In this document: in pieces, positions 8,246 to 16,730 of the stretch
Position numbering within the stretch: the stretch's first letter is position 1
How the letters are laid out: each line of letters opens with the position of its first letter
IMG/VR virus record: IMGVR_UViG_3300037237_000333
Location: 1 to 25,526 of that record
Strand: one strand, 5' to 3'
Length of the DNA: 25,526 bases
Origin: a virus
Taxonomy: Duplodnaviria; Caudoviricetes
Notes under the pieces: generated by a model
Database searches by the model: none
Told to the model about the DNA's origin: nothing
The model's input: only the letters and a program-made list of their open reading frames with translations
Translations under genes and position numbers: made by a program

Positions 8246-10648
8246 CTATTCACACTTCGACCAGCCGCACTCCAGGCACGTCCGGCAGCCCTCGGCGGCG
8301 AAGACCGCCGGGCGAGCGCAGCGCGGGCACGTCACGCCAAGGTTCACCACGTCCGGGCGACCATCTGCCGCTTTCCCGATAACCGGCTTCGGCGCCGTTT
8401 CTGGCCCTTCGGTCGTCGTCCCCTCCCCCCGCGCGTGCCGCTCGAGGACGTCGCCGATCGCGGCGACGAGCGACGGCACGTACTTCCCCCGCTCCCAGTG
8501 CCCGCCGCGCGGGTCGTGTATGCGCTTGAGCTCCTCGGCGACGAAACCGATGTCGCCGCCGCGGCGGTAGACCGCGGAGACCATCCTTGTGAGTGCCACG
8601 ACCCAGGCGTATGATTCGAAGTCGGCGGAGTTGACGAAGACTTCGAACGGCCGGCGCGCGCCGCCCGGGTCGACCGCGTCGTTCACCGTCACGTAGAACG
8701 CGTGCTCGGACCCGGGCCAGCGGAGTTTGTACGTCGCGCCGGCCAGTTTCTCGGCGCGGGGCGGGGGAGGCTTCTGGAAGTCCGCGACCACGTCGTCGAC
8801 GATCTTCTTGATCGCCGTCTCGTCGAGCGTCAGCTTGTCGATGACTTTCGCCGGTTGGCCCGCCACCGAATCGACCTTAGGCGCCTCGTCCGCCGTCAGC
8901 ACGGACCCGGTCGTCGCGTTCGGCCGGAACGTCGTGATCCCCTTGCACCCCGACCGCCACGCGTCGAGGTAGACGCCCTCGAAGTCCTCGAAGGAGATGT
9001 CGGCCGGGACGTTGACCGTCTTGCTAACGGCGCTGTCGACGTGCTTCTGGACCGCCGCCTGCATCCTCACGTGCTCGGCCGGCGAGAGGTCCTGGGCGGT
9101 GACGAACTCCGGCGGCGGTCGCCAGCCGATCTCGCCCGCGCCGATCCACGGTTCGTTCCGGTGGAGTCCGTCCCAGACCCGCAGCGCGTGGTCGACGACG
9201 CGCTCCTCGCGCCGCGAGCCATCGGGCTGGAGGACCTTCCGCGTGTAGGAACCGGCGAAGATCGGCTCGATTCCGGATGAGACGTTGTTCGCCATCAGGC
9301 TGATGGTCCCGGTCGGCGCGATCGAGAGGAGGAGGCCGTTGCGGAGGCCGGTCCGCTCGTAGGCGTCGCGGGCCTCGCGACTGAGCTCTTGGATCACCTT
9401 ACCCGCCGGCCCTTCGCAGTGCCGGACGCGGTCCCAGAGCGGAAATGCCCCCTTCTCCGCGGCGAGGTCAATCGACGCCTCATAGGCCCAGCACGCGATC
9501 GCGTACTGATAGCTCTCAGCCCACAACGCGGCCTCCGGCGAGCCGTAGCGGAGGCCGACCATCAGCAGCGCGTCGGCGAGGCCGGTGACGCCGAGGCCGA
9601 CTTCGCGGGCGTCTTTCGCGCGGACTTCCTGCGCCGGGAGCGGGTAGCCGGAGACGTCGATCACGTCGTCGAGGAAGCGGATCGCGGTCCGCGTGAGAGA
9701 CTTCAGTGATGCGACATCGAGCCGCGACGACGGGCCGTACGGGTCGAGGACGAGCGCCGCGAGGTTGATCGAACCGAGGCAGCACGACGCGTAAGGCGCG
9801 AGCGGCTTCTCGCCGCACGGATTCGTCGCCGCGATCGTGTCGACGTAGTTGAGCGGGTGTTCCCGATTGACGCGGTCGATGAACACGACGCCGGGCTCCG
9901 CCGCGTCGTAGGTCGCCCGCATAATCTTCGCCCAGAGGTCGCGGGCGCGGACGGTCTTGTAGACTTTCCCATCGAAGAAGAGGTCGTGCGGCCCGTCCGC
10001 TTCGACCGCCGCCATGAACGCGTCGGTTACGGCGACCGAGACGTTGAAGTTCCTGAGCTCCCGCGCGTCGCGCTTCGCCTCTATGAACTCCTCGATCGAC
10101 GGATGGTCGACGCGCATCATCGCCATCATCGCGCCGCGGCGCGTCCCGGCGGACATGATGGTCTTGCACATCGCGTCCCAGACCCGCATGAAGGAGACCG
10201 GGCCGGAGCTCGTCGAGTCGACGCCGCGGACCGGCGCCCCGGTCGGGCGGAGCGTCGAGAAATCCATCCCGATCCCGCCGCCCTGCTGGAGGGTCATCGC
10301 CGCCTCCTTGAGGTGGTCGAAGATCCCGTCGAGCGAATCGGGGATCGTCCCGAGGACATAGCAGTTCATGAGGGTGACGCGGCGCCCGGTCCCGGCGCCC
10401 GCCACGATCCGGCCGGCGGGGAGGAAGCGGAAGCCGCGCATCGCCTCGTAGAACTCGTTATTCCAAAAACGCCTGATTTCCCCTTCCGACTCTGCCGCAG
10501 CGACTGCCATCGCGACGCGGCCCCAAGTATGTTCGATCGTCGTGTCGACGGGTGCCCCGTCGGGCCGTCGGAACTGGTACTTGCCCTCCCACGCGCGGAC
10601 GGAGGCGGGGGCGAGGTCTTCCTGGGTCAGGAGTCGGCGGTCGGTCAT
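8246..10648 (-). CDS. nrdJ: Class II (adenosylcobalamin-dependent) ribonucleotide reductase with C-terminal TSCPD domain and Zn ribbon
   Basis: FLPAGRI, NCYV, GGGIG, RRGAMM, EPGVVFID, TNPCGE, CCLGSINL, IAPTGTISL, SSGIEP, VDSAVSKTVN, terminal CPRC...CLECGWSKCE. No beta-subunit gene nearby. Confidence 0.95.
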   Translation of the reverse strand: MTDRRLLTQEDLAPASVRAWEGKYQFRRPDGAPVDTTIEHTWGRVAMAVAAAESEGEIRRFWNNEFYEAMRGFRFLPAGRIVAGAGTGRRVTLMNCYVLGTIPDSLDGIFDHLKEAAMTLQQGGGIGMDFSTLRPTGAPVRGVDSTSSGPVSFMRVWDAMCKTIMSAGTRRGAMMAMMRVDHPSIEEFIEAKRDARELRNFNVSVAVTDAFMAAVEADGPHDLFFDGKVYKTVRARDLWAKIMRATYDAAEPGVVFIDRVNREHPLNYVDTIAATNPCGEKPLAPYASCCLGSINLAALVLDPYGPSSRLDVASLKSLTRTAIRFLDDVIDVSGYPLPAQEVRAKDAREVGLGVTGLADALLMVGLRYGSPEAALWAESYQYAIACWAYEASIDLAAEKGAFPLWDRVRHCEGPAGKVIQELSREARDAYERTGLRNGLLLSIAPTGTISLMANNVSSGIEPIFAGSYTRKVLQPDGSRREERVVDHALRVWDGLHRNEPWIGAGEIGWRPPPEFVTAQDLSPAEHVRMQAAVQKHVDSAVSKTVNVPADISFEDFEGVYLDAWRSGCKGITTFRPNATTGSVLTADEAPKVDSVAGQPAKVIDKLTLDETAIKKIVDDVVADFQKPPPPRAEKLAGATYKLRWPGSEHAFYVTVNDAVDPGGARRPFEVFVNSADFESYAWVVALTRMVSAVYRRGGDIGFVAEELKRIHDPRGGHWERGKYVPSLVAAIGDVLERHARGEGTTTEGPETAPKPVIGKAADGRPDVVNLGVTCPRCARPAVFAAEGCRTCLECGWSKCE

Positions 10649-10899
10649 GGTGTTCCCTTCTTCGGCAGCAGCGGACGGCGCGGGCAGCGGCAGTACTCGA
10701 CGGCGCAGTGGGACAGGCCGAGGTCGTCGGCGTAGCAGAGGTGCGCGAGTTCGCTCGCGAAGATCACGGAGTCCCGCAGCGCCTCGACGTAGTCCGCGAG
10801 CGCGAGGAGCGTCGCGCGCGGGACCATCACGACGGCCGGACCCTCCGCCGCCCGGGTGTAAGCCACGGTTTCGGCCCAGCCGGGCGGCGGGGCGCTCAC
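10645..10899 (-). CDS. Hypothetical protein with Cys/His-rich C-terminus
   Basis: 4-bp overlaps with both neighbours. Confidence 0.55.
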   Translation of the reverse strand: MSAPPPGWAETVAYTRAAEGPAVVMVPRATLLALADYVEALRDSVIFASELAHLCYADDLGLSHCAVEYCRCPRRPLLPKKGTP

Positions 10900-11111
10900 G
10901 GCGCGAAGCCGACGAGCGCGTTGAGGAAGGCGAGGAGCGGCGTCTTCGAGGTCGGGACCTCGACCTCCTCGATCTGCGTGTCGGCGAACGGGCGGAGGCC
11001 GTGCTTCACCGACAACTCGCGCCTGATCCTCGCCGCGTCGCCCTGGGAGCCGGCGAAGGCGACGTGCTCGCTGCCGTCAGGGTTCGCGCCGACGATCCGG
11101 TACGCCCTCAC
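10896..11111 (-). CDS. Hypothetical protein
   Basis: GTGA-coupled on both sides. Confidence 0.65.
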   Translation of the reverse strand: MRAYRIVGANPDGSEHVAFAGSQGDAARIRRELSVKHGLRPFADTQIEEVEVPTSKTPLLAFLNALVGFAP

Positions 11112-11353
11112 GACGCGACCTCCGCGGCGGACTGGGCGAGGATGCCTTTGATCGCCGCGGCGACGTCGGTGGTCAGCGACTTGAGGTACCGGGCGGCGTC
11201 TTTGTTGTTCCCGGCGGTCTTCGCGTCGGCCTCGCGCTCGGCGCCGAGCGCCTTGACGATCCGGACGGCGTCCCTGACCGCCCCGGCGCGGGCGGCGGAG
11301 ACGGACTTCTCGACGAGGGCGGCGACCTTCGGGTCGTCGGTGAGTTTGGCCAT
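11108..11353 (-). CDS. Ala/Lys-rich hypothetical protein
   Basis: Start moved to ATG 11353 (RBS TAAGGAG): MAKLTDDPKV... Confidence 0.7.
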   Translation of the reverse strand: MAKLTDDPKVAALVEKSVSAARAGAVRDAVRIVKALGAEREADAKTAGNNKDAARYLKSLTTDVAAAIKGILAQSAAEVAS

Positions 11354-11509
11354 AGTGTGCTCCTTATATATTAGGGTAGCGGCCGGAGGGGTTCGCGCCT
11401 CCGGCCGCCGGGACATGGGTGCTCTGGTCGGGGCGCGGTCACATGGCTGCCTCCTGCGTGGCGGTGCGGCGCCGGCTTCCAGGTCCCGGCGGTCGTCCGA
11501 TCGGCGGCG

Positions 11510-11590
11510 ACGCTACCGCGTTCCGGCGCGGTTGTAAACGGGCTATTTTCGAAAATAACTATTTACAGCGGCGGGGCGGCGGGGTAAGGT
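11510..11590. promoter_or_regulatory. Back-to-back divergent promoters sharing the palindrome TATTTTCGAAAATA (11544-11557)
   Basis: Minus strand TTTACA-N17-TAGCGT (11510-11538); plus strand TTTACA-N17-TAAGGT (11562-11590). Confidence 0.85.
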
Positions 11591-11616
11591 GTTCTCGTTA
11601 GCAAGGAGACGCCGCG

Positions 11617-11811
11617 ATGTTCGGATCTGAGACGCCTACCATCCTTCTCGAGGCGATGCGCCGTCGCACCGAGGCCGGACTCGCGCTGCGGGTCACCTTC
11701 AACGACGGCTCGCCGGGCTTCACGAAGTACTGCCTCGACGCGACGCAGCGCGACGAGACCGCGGCGCGGTTTGCGGCGAACCGGAGAGTCGCGTCGGTCA
11801 CGGTCCTGTGA
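11617..11811 (+). CDS. Hypothetical protein
   Basis: RBS AAGGAG; first gene after the plus-strand promoter. Confidence 0.7.
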   Translation: MFGSETPTILLEAMRRRTEAGLALRVTFNDGSPGFTKYCLDATQRDETAARFAANRRVASVTVL

Positions 11812-12044
11812 ACCCGCCCCTCACCCGGAGCCGCGTCCTCGACGAGTACCAGCTCATCGTCCGCCTACCGCAATCCGTCGGTTTCGGCTGGTTCCTTCGC
11901 GGCGAAGACGTCACCGGGATCGTCATCGACCTGATCGCCGAGGGCGCACTCGAGTCCCGGGCCGGACGGTTCGGGGGCGTACTCGAGTCCCGGGCCGGAC
12001 GGTTCTGGGGTCCCCATCTTCTCGTGGGGAAGGAAAATACATGA
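11808..12044 (+). CDS. Hypothetical protein with an 11-aa tandem duplication
   Basis: Coupled overlaps on both sides; LESRAGRF occurs twice. Confidence 0.55.
   Translation: MNPPLTRSRVLDEYQLIVRLPQSVGFGWFLRGEDVTGIVIDLIAEGALESRAGRFGGVLESRAGRFWGPHLLVGKENT
11942..12007. repeat. 33-bp tandem duplication (25-bp exact core ACTCGAGTCCCGGGCCGGACGGTTC)
   Basis: Cores at 11948-11972 and 11981-12005. Confidence 0.9.
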
Positions 12045-12433
12045 ACGCCCTCGTCATCCTCGGCGCGGCGACCCTCGCGCTCGTCGCGGTCGCCGACGCG
12101 GCCCCGCCGCCGGTCGGTTCGGACGACTGGAAGATCATGGAGCCGTACGCGCGCTGGGTCGCGACGCGGCACGACGCCTCCGGCCGGTGGTGCTGCGACG
12201 TCGCCGACGGAAGGCCGGTCGACGCGCGGATCGCGACGGGCGCCGACCCTGACGGCGTCGAGCGGACCCACTGGGCGGCGCGCGTGACGCCGGGCCACTT
12301 CGACGGCGAGCGCGACCGCTGGGTGATGGTGCCGGACGAGAAGGTGCTGCGGGAGGCGAACCCGACCGGGTCCGCGGTCCTGTGGATGTACAACGGACGG
12401 GTCCAGTGCTTCGCGCCGCCGGACGGGGGTTAG
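12041..12433 (+). CDS. Secreted Cys-containing protein with signal peptide
   Basis: ATG 12041, RBS AAGGA. MNALVILGAATLALVAVADA is a signal peptide with an AxA site; WCCDVADG, NPTGSAVLW and QCFAP motifs. Confidence 0.75.
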   Translation: MNALVILGAATLALVAVADAAPPPVGSDDWKIMEPYARWVATRHDASGRWCCDVADGRPVDARIATGADPDGVERTHWAARVTPGHFDGERDRWVMVPDEKVLREANPTGSAVLWMYNGRVQCFAPPDGG

Positions 12434-12437
12434 GGGG

Positions 12438-12674
12438 ATGGGAATCGTGAACGACCTGAAGAACGCCGGGACGATGATCGGCGCGACGGTCGCCGAACTC
12501 CGCGCGGGAGGCGTCCATCCGATCACCGTCGCGGCGGCGCTGATGGCGGAGGCAGGGGCGCTCTACCGCGAGGCGATGCCGCACGAGGCCGACCGCCGCG
12601 CCGCGATAGGACACGCGGCGGAGGTCATGATCACCGGGCGGCCGCAGCCGATCCGGTTTCCGGACGGGGGCTGA
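12438..12674 (+). CDS. Hypothetical protein
   Basis: 78 aa, in the operon. Confidence 0.65.
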   Translation: MGIVNDLKNAGTMIGATVAELRAGGVHPITVAAALMAEAGALYREAMPHEADRRAAIGHAAEVMITGRPQPIRFPDGG

Positions 12675-12678
12675 AGTT

Positions 12679-12819
12679 GTGATCCGCGAAGACCCGCGCG
12701 GGGAAGCCGCCGCGCTCCGCCGCGCGGTCGGGCCGACGGCGCCGACGACGGACCGAGAGCGGCGGAGCGAGGACTTCCGGGCGAGGGCGTGGAACTGGAT
12801 AAAAGGAATGATATCGTGA
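12679..12819 (+). CDS. Possible 46-aa peptide
   Basis: Translated by hand from GTG 12679; its stop overlaps the next start (GTGA). Confidence 0.35.
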   Translation: MIREDPRGEAAALRRAVGPTAPTTDRERRSEDFRARAWNWIKGMIS

Positions 12820-13034
12820 TAATTTTCATCGTCATCGCCCTGTTGTTTATCGCGGTCACCGCGTCGGCGGCGAACAACCGCCGCAGCGCCGAGGCCTTCG
12901 AGCGCCTCGCGCCGCCCGCCGAGAAGCGGCGGCCTAACGGGTTCGAGATGATTCTCGGCGCGTTCTTCTTCCTCGTCGCTCTGGCCCTGTTCGCCGTCGC
13001 CGCGATCTTAACCGCCGCGGTCTTCAGCCACTAA
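12816..13034 (+). CDS. Small membrane protein with two hydrophobic segments
   Basis: GTG 12816, RBS AAAGGA; IIFIVIALLFIAV and ILGAFFFLVALALFAVAAILTAAVF. Confidence 0.65.
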   Translation: MIIFIVIALLFIAVTASAANNRRSAEAFERLAPPAEKRRPNGFEMILGAFFFLVALALFAVAAILTAAVFSH

Positions 13035-15190
13035 TACTTCTTCTTCCGCGCCTTCCCCGCCCCGATCGGCGTCACGCCCGGCCGGGGCGGCGCCGCGCCG
13101 GGGGACTCGGCGGCCGGGTCGTCGAGGTGCCGGTGGACCTCGAGGAGCGGCGCCGAGGCCCAGCGGGCGACGTCCCGGACGGCGTAGTACCGCGCGAGCG
13201 GCTCGCCCTTGCGGCGGACCGGCAGCCCCTTGTTGACCTGCGCCAGCCCCGCCGCCTTGAGCGCGGTGTACAGCGGCGTCCGGACGCGGTCCTCGTTCGC
13301 GCCGATCGCCCCGGCGCAGAGGGACCGGAGGAGGTCGAAGGTGACGAGGTCCCCAGGGACCGGCGCGCCGCCGGGGAGGCGGAGGACGTCGCCGGGGTGG
13401 GCGACGAGGTCGGCGACCCAGCGGTCGACGTCGGACCGCGCGAGGTCGGTCATCCGGACCTTGCCCTCGGTCATCGGCGCGCGGCCGTGGGGCGCGAAGC
13501 GGGAGAGGTCGCGCTTCAGCATCCAGGCGAAGATCGCCGCGGCGCCGCCCCCGGCGACCCACCCGCGGTAGCGGGTGAACCACTCCTCGGAGAAGAACGC
13601 CGACTTCGGGACCTCGACGATGTAGAATCGCCGGTCGTGCTCCTCGAGTCGGAACGCGGCGGGGTTGTTCGTCGTGAACCCCCAGTTGATCGTGTCGCGG
13701 AGGGTGTACGCGGTCTGGTTCTTGATCTCGACCCGGACCCGCTCCTGGGTCACCCGGAGCTTCGCCATATCGTGGGTCTCGCGCTTGTCCGTCGTCCCCG
13801 AGATGTCGTCGGCGAGGATGAAGGTCTTGCCGCGCGCCCATTCGTTGAACTTGCCGTCGACGAGCAGCTTCTGGTCGATGACGGAGTAGTTCTCCGCGCC
13901 GTGGATCGCGCCGAGGGTGCGGAAGAACTCGGTCTTGCCGATCCCCTGGAATAGACTGAAGATGACGACCGCGGTCGTGAGCTTCGCGCCGGGGTGCTGG
14001 AGCGGGTAGGCGGACCAGTCGAGGACCCAGTCCACCGCGCCGGGCTCGACGAAGAGGCAGCGGCAGAGGTCGAGGAACGGCGAGACGTCGCCCTCCTTCG
14101 GCTCGACGCCCCAGCCGGTCCAGGTGTTGAACTCGTCATCTCCCCCGCGTCCCGCGACGACGCCGAGGGTCCGCTTCCCCGGCTCGTAGGCGAGGCGGGC
14201 GACGGCGCGGCGCATCGGCCAGCGGAGCCAGTCGTCGCCGAGCGACACCGCCTTCGGCACGACGAGCCCGGCGTCGGTGACGGTGTTCTTGACGACCGAC
14301 TCGGTGAACCAGTGACGGAAGGTCTCGAGTCGATACGGCAGCCCGGTCCGGGCGTCGACAACCTCGTCGAGCTCGCGGACGTAGGCGTAGGCGTCGTTCG
14401 TCGCCCAGAGCCGGCGGGCGAGGGTGATCGGCCGCGCCGCGGTGACGTCGGCGAGGAGGTAGCGGAGGTCGTCGGCGGGGCGGGCGAGGAGGAAGTCGTC
14501 GAGGCCGACCTTCTTCCCCTCCTCGCCCTCGGGGAGGATCAGGACGCGGACCTTTGCCCCGCGGTCGCGGAGGAGGTCGGCGAGGCGGCGGAGGGCGCCG
14601 CAGACATGCTCGTTCCGCGCGGCGTCGGAATCGTAGCAGATGACCGCGTCGCGCCGCTCCCAGGCGACCGCCTCGAGGTCGGGGATGAGCCTCTCTCCGA
14701 GCGCCTTCGACTGGTAGGAGTCGACGCCGCCGAGGGCGATCGTCGGGAAGCCGTCCTTCGTCGCCTTCGCCGCCTTAAGCTCGCCCTCGGTGATCAGGAG
14801 CTGGCGGGTATGGTCCCCGAGGATCGCGCTCCAGTCCGGCCCGACTGGGAAGTAGGCGCAGACGCCGGAGTCGGCCGGCTGGACGTACTTCGGGAAGCCC
14901 TCAGGGAGCGGGACGGGGAGGCGGAGGGCGCGGAGGCGGAAGAACTCCGGCCAGCCCGGGGCGGCGCGGGACGGCCGCCCGGCGGGGTCGTAGTAGGGTA
15001 TCCTGAGGCTCGGCATCGGGTGGGCGGAGGGGCAGAGCGCGTTCGCCTCGGCGGCGGAGAGGGCCGTCATCCTCAGGCGCGCGCCGTCGGCGATGGTGAG
15101 ACCGGACGAGGCGAGCTTCTCGGCGAGGAGCGCCGGGAGGTCGTCGGCCGGGGCGAAGCCGGCTTGTCTGGGTCGGCGGCGGAGGCTCAC
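13031..15190 (-). CDS. Primase-helicase: N-terminal Toprim (DUF3854-like) + C-terminal P-loop NTPase (DUF5906-like)
   Basis: ITEGELKAA, ALGGV, ICYDSD, KVGLDDFL; Walker A QGIGKT, Walker B FILADD, FTTNN, DRRFYIV. Confidence 0.9.
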   Translation of the reverse strand: MSLRRRPRQAGFAPADDLPALLAEKLASSGLTIADGARLRMTALSAAEANALCPSAHPMPSLRIPYYDPAGRPSRAAPGWPEFFRLRALRLPVPLPEGFPKYVQPADSGVCAYFPVGPDWSAILGDHTRQLLITEGELKAAKATKDGFPTIALGGVDSYQSKALGERLIPDLEAVAWERRDAVICYDSDAARNEHVCGALRRLADLLRDRGAKVRVLILPEGEEGKKVGLDDFLLARPADDLRYLLADVTAARPITLARRLWATNDAYAYVRELDEVVDARTGLPYRLETFRHWFTESVVKNTVTDAGLVVPKAVSLGDDWLRWPMRRAVARLAYEPGKRTLGVVAGRGGDDEFNTWTGWGVEPKEGDVSPFLDLCRCLFVEPGAVDWVLDWSAYPLQHPGAKLTTAVVIFSLFQGIGKTEFFRTLGAIHGAENYSVIDQKLLVDGKFNEWARGKTFILADDISGTTDKRETHDMAKLRVTQERVRVEIKNQTAYTLRDTINWGFTTNNPAAFRLEEHDRRFYIVEVPKSAFFSEEWFTRYRGWVAGGGAAAIFAWMLKRDLSRFAPHGRAPMTEGKVRMTDLARSDVDRWVADLVAHPGDVLRLPGGAPVPGDLVTFDLLRSLCAGAIGANEDRVRTPLYTALKAAGLAQVNKGLPVRRKGEPLARYYAVRDVARWASAPLLEVHRHLDDPAAESPGAAPPRPGVTPIGAGKARKKKY

Positions 15191-15225
15191 GGCTCACTCC
15201 GCGTCGGTCAGCGGGGATTGGTCGG

Positions 15226-15621
15226 TCATGTCGCCTCCTGCGCGCACGTCAGCGCGAGGCGGCCGAGGCCCGTCAGTTGAATGCCATCGCTGTGATCATA
15301 GACCAGACCACTTTTTATCCCGATATCGGACTCAAACACGGCGACCTCACTACTCCACGTATCGACGAAGAACCTCGCCAGCACCCCGGTCAGTCGCTCC
15401 CGCTCCGCCATCTCCTGCGGCGTCAGGCAGGGGGAGGCGTACCTGTAACCCGCGATAGCCGCTTCCTCGCAGGACATGACGCGGCCGCCGATATCCCACC
15501 AGTCGGAGCAGTAACGCGCCGGCAGCCACACGGTGCCTCTGCACGCGGATAGCCAATGATGGCTCCCGTAGATCGTGCCTTTCGGCGGTTCGCACGTCGC
15601 GGCAGGCGGGGGAGTTGTCAT
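15226..15621 (-). CDS. Hypothetical protein
   Basis: ATG 15621 coupled (ATGA) to the upstream stop. Confidence 0.55.
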   Translation of the reverse strand: MTTPPPAATCEPPKGTIYGSHHWLSACRGTVWLPARYCSDWWDIGGRVMSCEEAAIAGYRYASPCLTPQEMAERERLTGVLARFFVDTWSSEVAVFESDIGIKSGLVYDHSDGIQLTGLGRLALTCAQEAT

Positions 15622-15926
15622 GGTGTGGCCTTTAACGACGATGGTAGAGGGTACGGATCGTTCTTTCCGTCCGATTCGTTCCAGCAAACAGTTTCGCCCG
15701 CTTTGGTTTTTTCGGCGTCTCCAAGAAACTTGGCTGTGTCAGGGAACCGCGCGCGCAGAACCTTTATCAGTGTTGATCCAGACCACAGATCGAACGTCGT
15801 GATTTTCTGACCGGCGTAGACGGATGGTGCGATGTATTCGATGTCGAAGCGACGCCCGGCCATGCCGCGAAAGCTGCCAGTCGTTCTGTTGCCGGGGGTA
15901 TAGACATGGCCGTCAATGATCGTCAT
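15618..15926 (-). CDS. Hypothetical protein
   Basis: Likely start ATG 15926 (MTIIDGHVY...); alternative GTG 16001. Lower GC. Confidence 0.6.
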   Translation of the reverse strand: MTIIDGHVYTPGNRTTGSFRGMAGRRFDIEYIAPSVYAGQKITTFDLWSGSTLIKVLRARFPDTAKFLGDAEKTKAGETVCWNESDGKNDPYPLPSSLKATP

Positions 15927-15997
15927 TTTTGTATGCTCTTTCTCCATCTTTGTCAGCGTGGGGTCCAGTGGCGCGCAGGTTCCAACGATTGTCTGGG

Positions 15998-16129
15998 TCA
16001 CGGCCACACCGCGCGGAGGACGACGATCGCGGCGAACCAGAGCGCGAAGGCCGCGAACGCGGCCAGCGGCGAGAGGATGAAGACGGCGGAGCCGAGGCGG
16101 CGGGGAGGGACGGCGTGATGGGTTGACAC
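15998..16129 (-). CDS. 43-aa single-pass membrane peptide
   Basis: Translated by hand: MSTHHAVPPRRLGSAVFILSPLAAFAAFALWFAAIVVLRAVWP; RBS AAAGGAG. Confidence 0.6.
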   Translation of the reverse strand: MSTHHAVPPRRLGSAVFILSPLAAFAAFALWFAAIVVLRAVWP

Positions 16130-16346
16130 GGTGACGAGCTCCTTTGTTGTTATACTTACCCCGCGACGGTCTCAGCTCCGTCGCTCTGCCCGCCGCGCCC
16201 CAGCGCGCGACTCGGTCTGAACTCGACGCCCCCCGGCCCGCGGTCTTGCTGAGAGACGCCGCCGGGCGGAGCCAACCACCGGACTGGCCGGACGCCGCGC
16301 CTGGAAGCGACGAGCGTCGGCGAGACGGGAGGCGCCGAGGGAGACG

Positions 16347-16390
16347 ACGCTACGCCGGATCGCGGCGGCTGTAAATAGGCTGATTTTCGC
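16347..16390 (-). promoter_or_regulatory. Leftward promoter TTTACA-N17-TAGCGT
   Basis: Repeated promoter family; at the head of the left arm. Confidence 0.8.
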
Positions 16391-16440
16391 GTTATCTGTA
16401 GGCTTTGACTTGGTTATAATCTATAACAAAACAGCTTCAC

Positions 16441-16730
16441 CGGACCTGTTACGGGTGCCTGTTACGGGTCGACGGAGCCTGTAACAGGTGCCTGTAACTT
16501 TGAGGTTACGGGCGAGCTGTAACGGGGTCAGTAACGCCGACCCGTAACCGACGCTCGACGCCGCGCCGCGCCTCGGTTTTCGGCCTATTAAGTTACAGCT
16601 GTTACTACTCTTTTATATATTAGAATTTAAAAGAAAGAGTGATATCTGAGATATCAGAAGTGATATATAAGATATCAGTATAGGGGGGTAACGGGGGCGA
16701 ATAGGAAATCGGCTGTAACCTGTAACAGGT
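16441..16730. repeat. GTAAC/GTTAC iteron cluster with AT-rich core; probable replication origin
   Basis: 13 pentamers around the AT-rich stretch ~16586-16682, which holds three GATATC sites. Confidence 0.75.

Noticed and set aside
8246-10648. Intein or intron in RNR, polymerase or terminase
   Set aside because: The ORFs are continuous and of normal length, with no splice-junction or homing-endonuclease motifs.
16441-16560. Possible CRISPR array
   Set aside because: Repeats are only 5-12 bp, in mixed orientation, with no 30-40 bp spacers. The exonuclease is a solo phage nuclease with no cas operon.
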